From the NCBI GenBank assembly GCA_963693365.1, contig CAVNZM010000006.1, positions 2,108,001 to 2,172,000 on the forward strand: a stretch of 64,000 nt of DNA, read 5' to 3'. A program made the translations under genes and the position numbers. How positions within the stretch are numbered: position 1 is the first letter of the stretch; every line of letters starts with the position of its first letter. This DNA is from Amoebidium appalachense (Eukaryota > Protista > Ichthyosporea). The notes under the pieces are model-generated. The model worked only from the letters and a program-made list of their open reading frames with translations, did no database searches and was not told where the DNA came from. Shown piece after piece: positions 1 to 23,931 of this stretch.

Positions 1-443
1 ACTTTCAAAGCCCAGGTTTACATCCAGCTGTATCCGTGTAGCTAGCAGGCAGGATGTAAGCCCTGTCACACACATGTAGCCTGTGAGATCTCTTCGTGCC
101 ATAGTATGAGGTCTCCAATAAAACAGCGCATACAAAAGCCAATAAAGAGTCTTGCAATCGTGTTTCTCCAACAGCTACAAGTATACACACTCGTGAATTT
201 TCCTAATCGACACACCGCAATACCTCGCAAGTAGCAAAAACAATCTGCGGGGCACGCGAATGTAAAAACAACAAGAGCAGGTATGGTACAAAAGAGAGAG
301 AGAAGGTAAGGTAAGGTACATCAGTGCAAGAAAGAATGTTATGTTGAAACCCATATGATCATAAAATGGGTTGGGAGAACTAAGACATGTGTTATGCGCG
401 GCTCATGTATCACTTGTGCAAGCGTGTCTGCATCTGTGGACAG

Positions 444-479
<36 letters not shown>

Positions 480-634
480 CCCGCCCGCCCGCCCGTGGAA
501 TCCCTGCGATTCTACATGCTGAAGTTCGCAAGTGTTGTATTGCATCGGTAGGTGGTGAATAAAAAGACATGGCGTTGGGCCGCAAGCAGGAAGGGGGACG
601 GGGAGGACTGGGCCGGAAGGGGGGGGAGGGGGGG

Positions 635-716
635 AATGTGTTATAGAGTACCAAGTACACATTCATGACGGACAACACAGAGCCGACTTTGCAAAAAGAG
701 TCATACACAAAGAGTT
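635..716 (-). mobile_element. Subfamily E 3' fragment downstream of MAT1 exon 2
   Basis: Plus-strand GTGTTATAGAGTACCAAGTACACATTCATGACGGACAACACA matches 35911 GTGACAGAGTACCACGTACACGTTCATGACGGACAGCACA; G-runs on both sides. Confidence 0.6.
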
Positions 717-1086
717 GGGGGTAAGGGAGGGGGGGGGGGGGGGGGGAGGGGGGGGAGGGGGTATGAAGAAATTCTAAGAATAAGCAAGGGCACAGGGACG
801 GAAAAGGAAGAGGACGAGGTGTGGGGCAAGGGAGGAGGAAGGGAGGGAGCCAGAGAGGGAGGGTGCAAGAGGTAAGGGGGGGAGGGAGAAGGAGGGCAGA
901 TTGAGGGAGGGAGGGAGGGTGGGTGGGCAAAGGAAGATAAAAGAGGACGAGAGAGAGAGGGAAGAAAGAGAGGAGAGTGACAGAGGGAGGGAGAGAGAGA
1001 GGGGGGGGGGGGGGGGGGGAGTCGAGGGGCGGAGAAGGGAGGAGCGGTGGGTGGAGGTGGAGGGGGGGAGGGGGGAGTAAGCATAC

Positions 1087-2748
<1,662 letters not shown>

Positions 2749-3114
2749 TTTCGTTTTATAGTGGTACTGATGCGTGAACACTGGAAAGCTAATAGCTAGG
2801 TTGGGCCTTACGTATCTACCTCATCCTATGACATATCCATCAAGCACTCCAAAAACAGATCCTGCACGACATTATTGCAGTTGTGCTCGTGAATCTGTAT
2901 CGCAAACAAATAGTATTACCAACGCATGCCTCTATTATACGAGTTTAAATGCGTGACTATGATACTGCGGCCCTCTAGCTACCATAACAACTAACATGGA
3001 ACTCTTTGTGGCAGTGCAAAGTTGGGCAAAGCAGCGAAGCATCATCTTCATGGTGCCGCGCAAACACCCGTGGCTCTCGGTCCACGCACAAGATGCTCAT
3101 CCTCGCCTGCGCAT

Positions 3115-3169
<55 letters not shown>

Positions 3170-3302
3170 CTGCAAAAAAAGGGAGTACAGTACATACAGT
3201 AAAGAGGAGGAGGGCTTGAGGAGGAGGGCTTGGTATACATAGGGTTCGGTGTCAATAAACGTTGTGAAAGCTGACACACCCAATAAGCATATTCAATCCC
3301 CA

Positions 3303-3340
<38 letters not shown>

Positions 3341-3542
3341 CTTTTTTTTTTTTTTGCAATCGGGTGGTTGGTTCTCACGCGTTCGCAGCACAGCTGCGTG
3401 CTTCCCAAGCTCAAGGGCACCCGCCGAGCACACAGATACACACACAAGCTTCACGCACAGGTCAAGATAAACATCCCTTTCCCTCAAGACAAACGGCAAA
3501 ATTCGAAGAACTGAGCTGCAGATGCGGCTTATATTCAATAAG

Positions 3543-3584
<42 letters not shown>

Positions 3585-4159
3585 CCCCCCACGCGCCCAG
3601 AAAACCAGTAAAACCATTCCAACTAGTTAACTTACTGATCAGTTATTTTGCGTATAAGTTTCACAAACTACTTGACTGGTGAGGAGCTTGCTCGCCCGTA
3701 GCAGGGCGGTAAGCTGATAGAAATGAAAAACAGAAGCAGACGGAATGTCTCTACATCGGAAAGAGGCTCTGGGTGAAAGCAAAAAAAAAAAAAAAAAAGA
3801 ACCTTTAATGGGCCTGCCCGGATCCGGATGATACTGCCATGCATATGGTGCTTGTCTGTGTGTGTGTGTGACTGAGTGCGAGCAGAAGAAGGGCACTAGT
3901 GAACATAAAGAGTGACCGCGTCTGTGTGTGCATGCAGGGGAGGAGGGGAGGAAGGATGGATGGGCAGGAGAGAGGTAGGGGGTTGTTCGAATAGGGTATC
4001 AGAGGCTCGTGCGGACACCGGCATACGTGCACTTGCCCGCTTTCCAACCCTGCACAAGATGATGCTATTTTTAGCAACGCATCGATCATTGTTTGTGCGC
4101 CCAAGATGAGTCGGGGCAGGCGGGAAAAGGAAAACCGTTTGCGATCTAAGCCCTGGACC

Positions 4160-4450
4160 AGAGCCTGATTGGCTTCCAAGCCTTTTTTCTATATTTATCT
4201 AATAAACGATTGGCATAAATCACGGTTTCTGACCTTTTAAACAAATATTGAAATTTGGAAATGTAGCAACGGGAATACTTCAAGATTTTGGGCGAGATTA
4301 GAGAAGGGTGGAGCGGAATCCCGAAATTAAGGACCCAAAAGCACGTACTGTTAAAACCCTGATCAGAAATTTTTGAAATACTCTTTTGTGATTGGCTTAG
4401 AAAACGCGCGCCAACTCTACAAACCGTGAGCAGAGCATGTCTCAACGGAC
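4160..4450 (+). promoter_or_regulatory. Putative cyclin B / MAT1 promoter with CCAAT, CHR-like, E2F-like and MYB-like motifs
   Basis: GATTGGC at 4167, 4208 and 4390; TTTGAA 4372-4377; CGCGCGCCAA 4405-4414; CAACGG at 4267 and 4443; repeat-free segment upstream of cyclin B. Confidence 0.4.
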
Positions 4451-4973
4451 ACAAATTGTCAGTCGCACACGCATCGCAGTCAGTCAGTCTGTCAGTCTGT
4501 CAGTCTGTCAGTCTGTTACAAGCAAACAAGTCAGAGTTTTGTGATGAAGAAAAACGAGAATCTTCGGATAAACTTGCAGAAGGCGTCTACTAGATAAACA
4601 CAAAAGCAGGTTTATTAGAGAACTAAAAGCGGTAGAGAAGTTAAAAAAAACCGGCGGCTGTTTGAGCACAGTGTTGGGGAGCGTTTCGGGAGACTTCCTT
4701 TTTCCTCCGCAAGACTAAGGTACACATTATAGAAGTTCATGTTTGTCTTTTTTCCAGAACCGGAGAGTCTAGACCGTTCTACTTTTTGCTTTCACGTCAA
4801 TATGTTGTCTCCTATTGCTCTGTTTCGTTGTGTCTTGCTAGAGACGGCCTTTTCCAGCCCAAATTAACGAGGGTAGGGAAGGGTTTTCACTTCTGGCACA
4901 GCTGGCTAAACAAGTTACAAACAGTGAACTAACCACATGTTTGTGTTCGCAGCTCAACGCTATAGCCGTCAAA

Positions 4974-7085
4974 ATGGTTGTCGCCCTAAAAGTAAGTGTA
5001 TATTCTTTTCTTGTTTTGAGTAGTTTTAGCCACGCAGATGTTGTTCATGTCACTGCCTTTTTGTTTGCTTGCATGTGTACGTTCCAAGCAGAGCATAACT
5101 AGTAGAAACACAACGTTATCTTCTGCATAAGAAAAGACGCTATAGCATTGCCAGAAGATAAAGCTTGTGTTATTGTGTGGTTGTATTACGAAGTCATTAC
5201 TTTGTTCATAAGCCTCTTTACTTATTGCCTCACTTTTTTTTTTTTTTTTTGAGATTTCTGCTTGCTGTTTCACTACTCATTACGTTGCCTCGACAGTGTT
5301 TGGCTAGCTGTTGTTATATTTCGGTGCTGACTTCACTTCTCTCAGGGCGCGCGTGCTACAGAGAAGGCCAGCGAGAATGAACCTGTTCTTGCTGGCAAGG
5401 GTAGGGTAACGAGGGCCACTGCCAACCGGCTTAAGACCAAGCAGGACGACAAGCCCAGAAGCGTTCTGGGTGAGATCGGCAACCGTGCAAATGCTGCCCA
5501 AGTAAGGCAAGGCATCAAGAAGGCAACAGCAGCAGTGGCAGAGAACCAGCATGCAAAGAACGAGAAGGTGCTCAAGGAGAAGAAGGACGCCAAGGAGAAG
5601 GTCGTTGCTAAGTCAAGATTCGGACAGGGCCGCCAGAAGCAGGCCGCCGCACCAGTTGAGCATGCACCAGCACTCCAACCGCCCATTCAGGTGTGTATGT
5701 TGTTTCTACTTTCGTTTTTTCCCTTCATCCAACGATCCTTTTTTTTCCCGCACCGCAATTCCGCAATGTTTTCCTCGGGTTGTTTGTTTGAGTTAACGTC
5801 TCGCACTAAATAAGCCTAATAGTCGTATGATGACCAAGGTCCGAGCCTCTGCTCACGGGTTTTTCCTGCAGAGAACCACGAGGAGGAGCAGCCTGGCAAA
5901 AGAACAGAAGGAAGAGATTGCCCAAGGAGAGTCATCACAATGCGGCCCAGCAGCACCCATCGATGTGGGTTGTGTGTGGGAAAGACATTAGTTCGTTTCT
6001 TGTTTTTCAGCAAGATCCTGCACTGTAAGCTAAGAAGTGGACTTCATTTTTATTATGATGGCTTGTGTCTCTTGACCTTTTGTAGTGGGTAGCTGGCTTG
6101 CCTCTCATCGTCACATCTGTTGCCTGTTGCATGGTCCCTCATTCTCCATTTCCTAGCAGGCGCCACCAGCACCAGCACCAGCACCAGCAGTCATCGAGAT
6201 CGACTCAGAACCAGAGGCCAGCGGTGCACCCCCAGTGGTTATGGAGCGCCCAGAGAGCGATTTGGCAAACAACATTGCGGGGATGGGTCTTGCATCATCA
6301 CATAAGCTCGGCGTTCTGGCACCTCCCATTCTTTCTGCACCGCTTATTGACGGTGAAGGTGTGTGATTCGTAGCTGCTGGTGAAATCTTTCTTTTCTACT
6401 TCAAGCACGTTAAGATACCCAAACTTTTTTTTTCAAGTTCACGTGTTATTGCTTTTGTCTCTAGCTCTCTCACCCATCACCTACATAGCTCTCGTGTAAT
6501 TCTACAGCCAAGGGTCCCCCCCTTCCCCAAGCACCCACCCACCCACCCATTTCGTGTTGCCATAGTTTCGGGAATCTTCTAGACAAGGGAGAAGATAATG
6601 TTTTTCTCGAGCACACAAAATACAGTTTGGAGACACACCAAGCAGGTGTTAACATGCCTGTTGCAGTTGCTCCCGGGGTCATCGACATTGACTTTGAGGA
6701 TATCGGCTACCCCGAGTTTGTGCCGGAGTATGTCAAGGACATCTACAGCTATCTGCGCGTTGTCGAGGTAAATCACAATTACACTCTTTCGACACGTTCC
6801 CCTCAACATTCTGTGCTTGTATGTGCTTTTTAGTTGTTTCTGAGAATGCTTTTCCAGATTGGCGCGCAACTGTCCTTGCTAGAACACAGAGATTCGCATA
6901 AGCTGCTTGATATAAATTGCTTCTGTATACCTTTGGCTGTTTTGTATGTGCCGAAAAATTGGGTTCATGATTCATTTTACTGGTCCCTCCTCCATCTCTT
7001 CCTCCTTTCACTTCGTTTTTTCCCCCGTGTTTTATTTTGCTTGACCAGCACGCGCACGCACACACACATATTCTGTCGCGCTCCA

Positions 7086-7122
<37 letters not shown>

Positions 7123-7386
7123 TCCCCACTCATTCACAATTCCGGTGCCAAACCTAACATCTGCGCTATCCCCCCCTCCCCCCCTTCCGGCGCAGGTTAA
7201 CCATCACGTGCGGCCCGACTACATGAGCAAGCAGACGGAGATCACACACAAGATGCGGTCGATCCTTGTCAACTGGCTGGTGGAGGTGCACCTCAAGTTC
7301 AACCTGCTGCAGGAGTCCCTCTACCTGTGTGTCTCTCTCATCGACCGCTACCTCTCGGTCGAGACCGTCCAGAGGTAGTACCCCCC

Positions 7387-7417
<31 letters not shown>

Positions 7418-7841
7418 AAAAAAAAAAAAAGAAAGAAAGAAAGAAAAAGCGAAAGAAAGAAAAAGAAAAAAAAAAAAAAAAAAAAAAAAAAAACACACAC
7501 GCACACGCACACAGACGCACACACAGAAGGCAACTTCGAATGGGGAATGTATCATACTCTCGTCCGTTCTGTAGCCTTGCTCCCTTGCTCTTGTCTTGAA
7601 CCCCCCTCCCCCCCCCCCCCCCCCCCCCCCCTTTTCCCCATGTTCCTCCAGAGCCTGGCCTGGGCATATCCGGTCTTTGTGTTGTCCCTTTCTTTAGGGC
7701 CGTGCTGACTGGTGGTGGTGCAGGGACAAGCTGCAGCTGGTGGGGGTCACGTGCATGCTGATTGCCAGCAAGTTCGAGGAGATCTACGCCCCTGAGGTCC
7801 GTGACTTCATCTACATCTGCGAGGAGGTGCATAGATCCCCC

Positions 7842-7872
<31 letters not shown>

Positions 7873-7886
7873 AAAAAAAAAAAAAG

Positions 7887-7930
<44 letters not shown>

Positions 7931-7976
7931 GGAGTCACAGCTTGTTGCAAGTGAATCACAAAATAGCCCCAGCTTC

Positions 7977-8039
<63 letters not shown>

Positions 8040-8862
8040 CGCCTTCAAAGCACAAGTCTGACCCTAGTTTGTGTGCAGGCATACACGCGGGAGGAGATTC
8101 TCGAGATGGAGCGCAAGATCCTCAACACCCTCAAGTTCCGGATCGGCAGCGCCTACGCCCTGCACTTCCTGCGCCGCATGTCAAAGTCTGCAGATGCCGT
8201 AACTATCCCCCCCCCCCCCCCCTCCCTCTCCCCCTCTCCCCCTCCCTGCCGCCTTTTCCGTCCTTTTCCCTCTTCTTCCTCTCTCCTCGCACTCCCTTCT
8301 CCTCTTCCCCCCTCTCTCTTTCCCATTAACCTCTCCCCATTCTCCCTTCCGGCTTCTCCTGCATGTTAGGGTTCACCGACATCCACCCTGGCTATTGGTG
8401 GGCCACCAACTGACTGTATAAGACCCACACAGACGCCCGAGTGCCACACGATGGGCAAGTACCTTGTGGAGCTGACTATCACCAACCCCGACATGCTCAA
8501 GTACAAGCAGTCCGAGATTGCGGCCGGCTGCCTCTATCTCTCCCTCAAGATGCTCGAGTTGACCGAATGGGTGTGCATCCATCCCCCCCCCCCCTTCCCC
8601 CTCCGTCCTTTCTCCCCTTTAAACAAATCCACACACATACACACACACACACACACAGCATCACCAAGAGACACGCACGATTGAGCACCCAAGTACTCTG
8701 CCTCTGCCTCAATCAACCCATGTCTTTCGTGAGGTGTACATCATAGCGTGGAAGCAGATTAGGGAGAGAACACTGTTCTTGAATCACAGAGACACCAACT
8801 TTGTCCTCTTTCACCTAGCCTTTCTGTCCCTCTACGGCATGCAGCTGAAGGAAAACTAACGA

Positions 8863-8907
<45 letters not shown>

Positions 8908-8914
8908 TCTCTCT

Positions 8915-8948
<34 letters not shown>

Positions 8949-9422
8949 TGCCATGATTGAGCACTACAGCGGCTACACCAAGGGGCAGGTGATCCCCATA
9001 GCCACGGAGATGGCAGCGTTCATCAAGGGCATCGACACGTACGCCTACCAGGCCACACACAAGAAGTACCAGAGCCAGCGGTTCTACAGGTATGTGTACG
9101 CTTGTGTTCTTCTAATCATTGTACGGCACCTTTTTCTCCTTTTTCTTTGCCCATGTTTTTCAAGATAAGCTCACAAGGTTTTGAGTATTGTCTTCGGTCG
9201 CTCCATCCAGTGTCTTTCCCCTCGTTCTTGTATTCTTTCCCTTCTTTCCCCTCGTTCTTGTACTCCTTCCCTTCTTTTCTCTCGTTCTTGTACTCCTCCC
9301 CTTCTTCTCCAACACTTTTCCTTGTATTCCTTTAAAATACACATTGTAACCCCACGATCCACACCACACACAGGATCGCCTACATGGTCAACACGCGCAT
9401 CAAGGAGATCACCCTCGACTGA
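4974..9422 (+). CDS. CCNB: G2/M cyclin B, about 10 coding exons
   Basis: Exons 4974-4991, 5346-5690, ~6160-6223 (tentative), 6583-6767, 7196-7374, 7724-7826, 8079-8198, 8433-8570, 8947-9089, 9374-9422. D-box [20 protein letters not shown], cyclin box [38 protein letters not shown] phases consistent. Confidence 0.93.
9213..9305. repeat. 30-bp tandem repeat, about 3 copies, in the last cyclin B intron
   Basis: Unit approximately CTTTCCCCTCGTTCTTGTA(T/C)TC(T/C)TTCCCTT. Confidence 0.75.
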
Positions 9423-10853
9423 GTGCCCCTGCTGGCAGGCCATCTTTGTCGTGACGTGACATCTCCATTCCGCATTTCTGGACTGTTTTCTGTCAGTTTC
9501 TGTATGTAGCTGCAAGTCGCCAGGGCTGGTCCCCAGCGTACTGTTTGCATTGTTTTGTCTCCCAGCCGCTGGATCAGGTTTGTGTGACCGTAGGCCAATC
9601 ACAAAACATTTGGGTGTTGTTTTTTATTATCATACAACTAGGGTATCTATCTACATATATCATATCTATCTACTTAGCGTGATAGATAGTGGTTACAGAG
9701 CCTGGCTTTGACCGGGCAAGAAGAGTAGACAAAGAATATACGAGTATGCTGTTTTTAGGACTGCTGATACCTGAAGGAAATGAAAACATGTGGTGTTTTC
9801 ATAGGGCGCATGGCGCTAAATATGGCGATTCTGGAGCAGGTGTAGCATGTAGGGTTTGAAATTAAAGGTTGTGTTCCTGGGTACATGCGGTAATTGTTAA
9901 CTGTAAGGGGCAATATTGCTCTGAGTCTGTGGCTGACTGGCCAGAGAGCTCTTTTTTCCAAATTAGTGTGGTGTCATTGTGCAACAAAAGGAATAAAGTC
10001 AACATGACTCCCGTCACCATCAACAACAACAACACTCTCCATCAACAACAACATTTTAACCCCCCCCCCCCCCCCCCCCCCCCAGGCGGTAGTAGCTTGT
10101 GCCCTGCCTCACCATCTCACGGAAATATATATGTACCACACTTTGACGCAATTCGGTCTGAAGGCTGGGTTGGCTTGTGAGCTCCCAAGGGTTATATACA
10201 ATATAGATATGTGTGTGTGAAAGCTGGGTGCTTTTAAAAGCATCTCTCGTGACCCGGGCCCAGGGACGTCCACCCGGTGCTTAACATGAATCCAAGTGTT
10301 TGTGCATTTCAGAATCATTTTATTCTAACGAGCTCTTGCAACATGTGCACGTGTGCAACATGACTAATGTCACATACATGATAACGTACAGTAGGCTCTC
10401 AATGTTTTGGCACCACCACAAATTGCAGCAGTGTTAATTTGGGCTGCTATCCTAGTATATATACAGTTCATTTTCATTTTCACTGCATCTTTCGCCAGCA
10501 ATATGTGTACACCAAGCACATGTCACACACCGCATGTGCGTGTGTCATCATGGAATCAAAACACCAATCGCAAACCGACGCCCGTGTGCCAGTGCCATAC
10601 ATGTATACAATCAAATCTCTGCCCTGCACCATTCGCATGTGTTGTACACATCTAATGCATAGTTATACACTCACGTATACGTACATAAACAATTCACCCA
10701 CTCTGGTGGGCCGGCCATATAATTAGACTTCAAATGTCTGACTGGCGTAACAAGCAGTCCCATATACACTATCATTCATTCCTCTGGCAATCACATTGTT
10801 GCACCACATGTGGTTCATTGTCCAAACCTACAAGTCTTGCCCTAAAACTAGTC

Positions 10854-10888
<35 letters not shown>

Positions 10889-11179
10889 ACACACACACCC
10901 ACCCACCCACCCACAAACACACACACACACACACAAAAAAAAACTAAAAAAAACTTGAACCCTTGAACCCAACCAACCCAACCCAACCCAACATGTGCTT
11001 TCGATGTACACAAAACCACCCAAAACCAGTGTACAATAGATGTGTATATGTGTTTTTGTGAGAACGTGCATGACACTGTGTACGCGGTGTGTGCACGTGT
11101 GTGCTTGTGTTGGAAATGTGTGCGCAAGTGAAAAAAGAAACGGAAAGAAGCGAGTCAAAGGGGAGTTCATGACGTCATT

Positions 11180-19178
<7,999 letters not shown>

Positions 19179-20236
19179 TGCCGGAGATTTTGCGAGAAAA
19201 TATTAAATTCGAGAGTTAGAGAACTTGATTTAAATGTTTCCAATGTTGAAACCGGGAAATGGGACGCTTTGTGAGCCGTGTCAGCTGTGTGGTAGGAAGC
19301 TACAGTGCAGCGTCCAACTTGGTTGCAACTACAAATTGAGTGAAAAAAAGGTGCCTTCGGTGCTGAGAAAAGCGGCGAGTAATGCAAATTTCAAATGCTA
19401 GTTAGACTATTGAGAGTATGCTTCTTGAGTACGTAAAACACTGAAGAAAAAACAGCGAGCATGTACCGATTCCGATCCCTTGCACATTAAAAGAAAACGT
19501 AAAACGTGTGGCACACGCTGTGCATGTGTTCTTGGCGTTCGTGATTCTGACGAATGCTCAGTTGGTTGGTTATTGGTCAACCAGTGGGTCCGCGATTGAG
19601 ATCTTGGCTCTACATAAAAATGATATTAAAAAGGGCTTATGATTCTCACCCTGATTGTAAAACTTTTAAGCTAATCTTCCTCAGCATTTAGCATTTGTTT
19701 TTGTTAAAACAATATGTAGATTACCGGAAGATAAGAAACCAATCATCCGCCAGGGCATGAAAGAAAGGCGCGTGAGCCAGCTTCGGCCGTTACAACACCG
19801 CGTTTTGGGAGTCCCGGACTCAACTTTCGTGAATGAAAGCGAGGGAGATTTAGTGGTAATAGGCTCTCAAACTCTGACATATAATCATACAGTCAGTGAT
19901 AATAATTTACAAGTAACTTTTGCTTCTGGTAGGGCTTTTGGGAAGGCGCATAAATTTCTTTGAGCAAGCCTGATTTCTTTCTGTGATTTTGAAGGACAAT
20001 GATCAGTGCGTGAAGGGGTCACTGAGTAGAGACGAAAGACGACGCATGTTTTTAGAAAATTGAGAGAGGTTGTAGCACAAAGAAAGGCAGGGTAGTTAAA
20101 GGTGTGCGAAAGGAGGTTGCACACCTGGCGTGAACTGGCACAGAAACTTAATTGAACTCTGTGTACAGTCTTGGAAATTTTGACCGTGTGAATTGCGGAG
20201 GTGCACGGACGGCCGGAGAGGTCTTTTCATCCGAAA

Positions 20237-21062
20237 ATGAATATTGCCTTAATGGGTAGGTGCTTCTGAACCTCGTGTCTACACCAAGTGTGTGTGCGCA
20301 TGTGTGTGCATGTGGCAGAAAAAGGGGGGTTTGGGGGAGTGGGGGGGGAGGGGGAGAGAGAGGGAGGGAGGGAGGGAGGGAGGGAGGTAGAGAGAGAGAG
20401 AACGAGAGAACAGAGAGAGAAGGAAGGGAGAAAGACGAAGGGGAAAGAGATTGAGAAAAAAGAAGAGACGGAGGGGGGGGAAGTAGGGGAGAGAGAGAGG
20501 GAGGGAGGGAGAGATGAGGGAGCGGGAGGGGGGGTAAGGGAGGAGGCAACAGAGGAGGGGAGGGAGTAGGCAGAGAGGAGAAGGAGGAACAGAGATTAGA
20601 GGGGAATGGAAAACGCATTGGGAGGTAGTGGTTCGTTGGCAGACGACAGGCAGCCGGGCGACAGAGGGTCAGTGAGGAAGGGGATGAGGGGTGGGTGAGT
20701 GGGTTGTGGGGGGGGGAGAGGGGGATGGGGGGCACGAGAGAGAGGAGGAGTTGGGCTTACGATTGGGAGTTGGGAGTTGGTAAAGGAGGGAAGACGGAGG
20801 GTGGTGGGGAGGGGAGGGAGTGGAAGGGGGGGGGGAGGGGGGGGGGGGTTGCTTTCAGCCATGAGAGCAGCAAGGTGTGCTGGTTGCCGTGAAGGAGTCG
20901 GCACATGTGGTCCTTATGGATTGTTCTGCCCCCCAAATAATAATGATCGTTTCGGATGTTATGTTCTGTTCTAACCGACACTACCCCTTTCTCCCTTCCA
21001 CTTTTACACCTCCTTCGCCCGCCTCCTTTTATTTCTCACACACCGTTCCCACTCTGTGCCCC

Positions 21063-21109
<47 letters not shown>

Positions 21110-21463
21110 TTCCTCTCCCTCCACCCCCGCCCTCTTCTCTTCTCCTGGTGCAATCGGCTGGGCCAAAACAGAAAACTTCCGTCGAGGGTACTGCCCCGAG
21201 GTAGGTCACAGCGTCTTTCCGTCTGTTTTAGGAGATTCAATTGTACACACAACTAGCACATAGCTTTAAGCTGTATAATAACGTTAACTTGTGGGTGTCT
21301 GACATTTCGACGCCTAACAAAGAGACGTTTCTCCTCGGTGGCATAGGAGAGGATTATTGCCACGGGGGGGGAGGGGGGCGGGGGGGGGGGGGGGGGGGGG
21401 GGGCAGTATTTGGAGGTAGTGGAGAAGGTGGCTTTTTGAGTTAGTGGTGGTTTGTGTGTGTCC

Positions 21464-21511
<48 letters not shown>

Positions 21512-21652
21512 CTGTGCCTGTGTGTGTGTGTCGGTGTCTGTGTCGGTGTCTGTGTTTGAGTGTGTCGCCAGGGGGGGAAGGAGGGGGGGGGGGGGGGGGG
21601 GGCTTGTTTGTTTAAGTTCGAACAGAGAGGAGAGATAATTGGGTGTGTGTGT

Positions 21653-21686
<34 letters not shown>

Positions 21687-22757
21687 TGTTACCACGGTTC
21701 GAAGGGGTGTTAGTGGAAAGAGTGTTATGGGAAAGAAACTGGCAATGCTCGTAGCTTTAGTTTGCCTCCTAAAAGGGGGTTTCTTTTGGGATTTTGGATC
21801 GGGCCAGATTCAAAAGAGGTGTATGCTTTTATGATTGGCGTGATCGCACCAAACAGCTATTTTACTTGAGGAAAGAGCCCCTAAACGGCGAAAAAGAATC
21901 CCCCTTTACCTTCTATTAACTCCATGTTTTGTGACCTTTGCAGTATATTGAAACGAGTCTGGAGGAGGGTAAAGCCACATCGATTGCCTTCAACCGGCGT
22001 GGTACTTTTATTGCTGCCGGCTGCGAGGATGGGAAACTCATGGTGGGTGATGCCTTGAAACGCACACATGTTGTGTGTGTCGGGGCGGGGGATGAAAAAG
22101 GAAAATGGGAGGAGGTGGTGGGTGGGTGGGCGGGCATGCCAGGGATATGTACTTAGCGAAATCACATGGTGAGAAAATTAGGGGGGATAAAATTGAGGAG
22201 AGGGGACCGGTGGGGAATAGGGACAGACAAATACTACACTCTGGTGATGGGGGGACGTGATTTTTTTGTTGGTTGGTGGTGGTAGTGGTGTTGGTTGGTT
22301 GGAGAGGGGGGGGGGGGAGGGGGGGGGGGGGGGGGGGGGTGCATGCTAATGGATGGTGAAGGAAAGAAGATAGAAACTGAAACTTGCACGCTTTTAGCAA
22401 GGAAAAGAGAGTATGCAAACATACGTGGGTGATAAATGGTCATGGGAATCGAACGAGGGAGAAGAGTAGATAAAAGGACGGCGAAAGGGGAGGTTAAGAG
22501 AAGTCAGATTGCAATGTGCAGGCAGATACTAACTGGGCACTGGTAGATCTATGACCTCAATACGTTGGCATCGGTAAGAACACTGTCTGCACACTCAAAG
22601 CCAATCACGGGAATCAGGTGAGACCCCCCCCCCCCCCCCCCCCCCCCCTTCCCTCCCCCCCCGGTTTTCCTCCTCTGCTAAAAGGCCTTTGCCTGTGCCT
22701 CTTGTCTTGCCTGCTTGGCGCCCATAAGCACACATGCACGCACATAGACAGCAACGG

Positions 22758-22849
<92 letters not shown>

Positions 22850-23550
22850 ACACACGTGCACACACATGCACACACACATACATGCACACATGCACTCACA
22901 CACACTCATACACATACACATGCACGCTCGGCATACACAACACACGCAGGCACATGCACACACTCGCATACACAGGCACACAAGCACACAAGCACATACC
23001 CAGAAAGAACCAAACAACCGTTCACTGGCTTGGCTGAATGAGCACACCTAACGTATGTATACCCCCCCCCCCCCCCCCCCCCCCCCCTCCTATTCAGGAT
23101 TGTCATCAGAAAACAACTTGCTTCCTCCATTGCTTCTACCCCACACCCCCCTCCAAATAATACTAACAGTATTAATATTATTATTACTACAATAATAATA
23201 ATAATAACAACAACAACAACAATAATAAATGCACACCCACCCATGCAAGCATGTACACACACCCACACACCCACACACGTACACACAAACACACACACAC
23301 GCACACGCACGCACACACACACACTTACACAACACACCCACACACACACACCGTCTAGCTGGATGCGCAATGGCCGCTTTGTCCTGACCGTTGCTGCCGG
23401 GGAGTGCACGGTGCACCTGTGGGATCTTGTGACGTCACAGCTAGCCGGCAGCTTCAGCCTGCCTGCCCCTCTCGTGGCTGCACAGCTACATCCAAGACGA
23501 ATGTATGCACATCCGTGTCTTACCTATCTCCTTCTCTACTATCTCGCACC

Positions 23551-23601
<51 letters not shown>

Positions 23602-23897
23602 AGCGTCGTATAAACGCGGGCTAAGGGGTCGAAACTCAGACGCAATTGATGACTTGGGCCCTCCCTGAGGATGGGCTCTGCTTATGACGCATACTGTGCG
23701 CGCATGGCTGATGCTGCATACTTGAATGTTTGCCTTTGCATGTGTCCTGCACCATGCTTCTCATCGTGTATGCGTACTTCGTACTGTTTTCCGCATTCAA
23801 CCCCCCCCCCTCCCCCCCCCCCCCCCCCCCCCGCCGCCTCTCCGCACCTCCCCCCACCCCCACCCACCCAGCCACACACCCCACCCTTTCCCTCCTC

Positions 23898-23931
<34 letters not shown>

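Noticed and set aside
2996-3110. ELFVAVQSWAK resembling a BACK-domain helix on the + strand
   Set aside because: Too short, no supporting exons, runs into poly-G.
23552-23600. Exact homopolymer lengths as a signal
   Set aside because: Lengths of long C/G runs are unreliable in assemblies; only position and strand were used.
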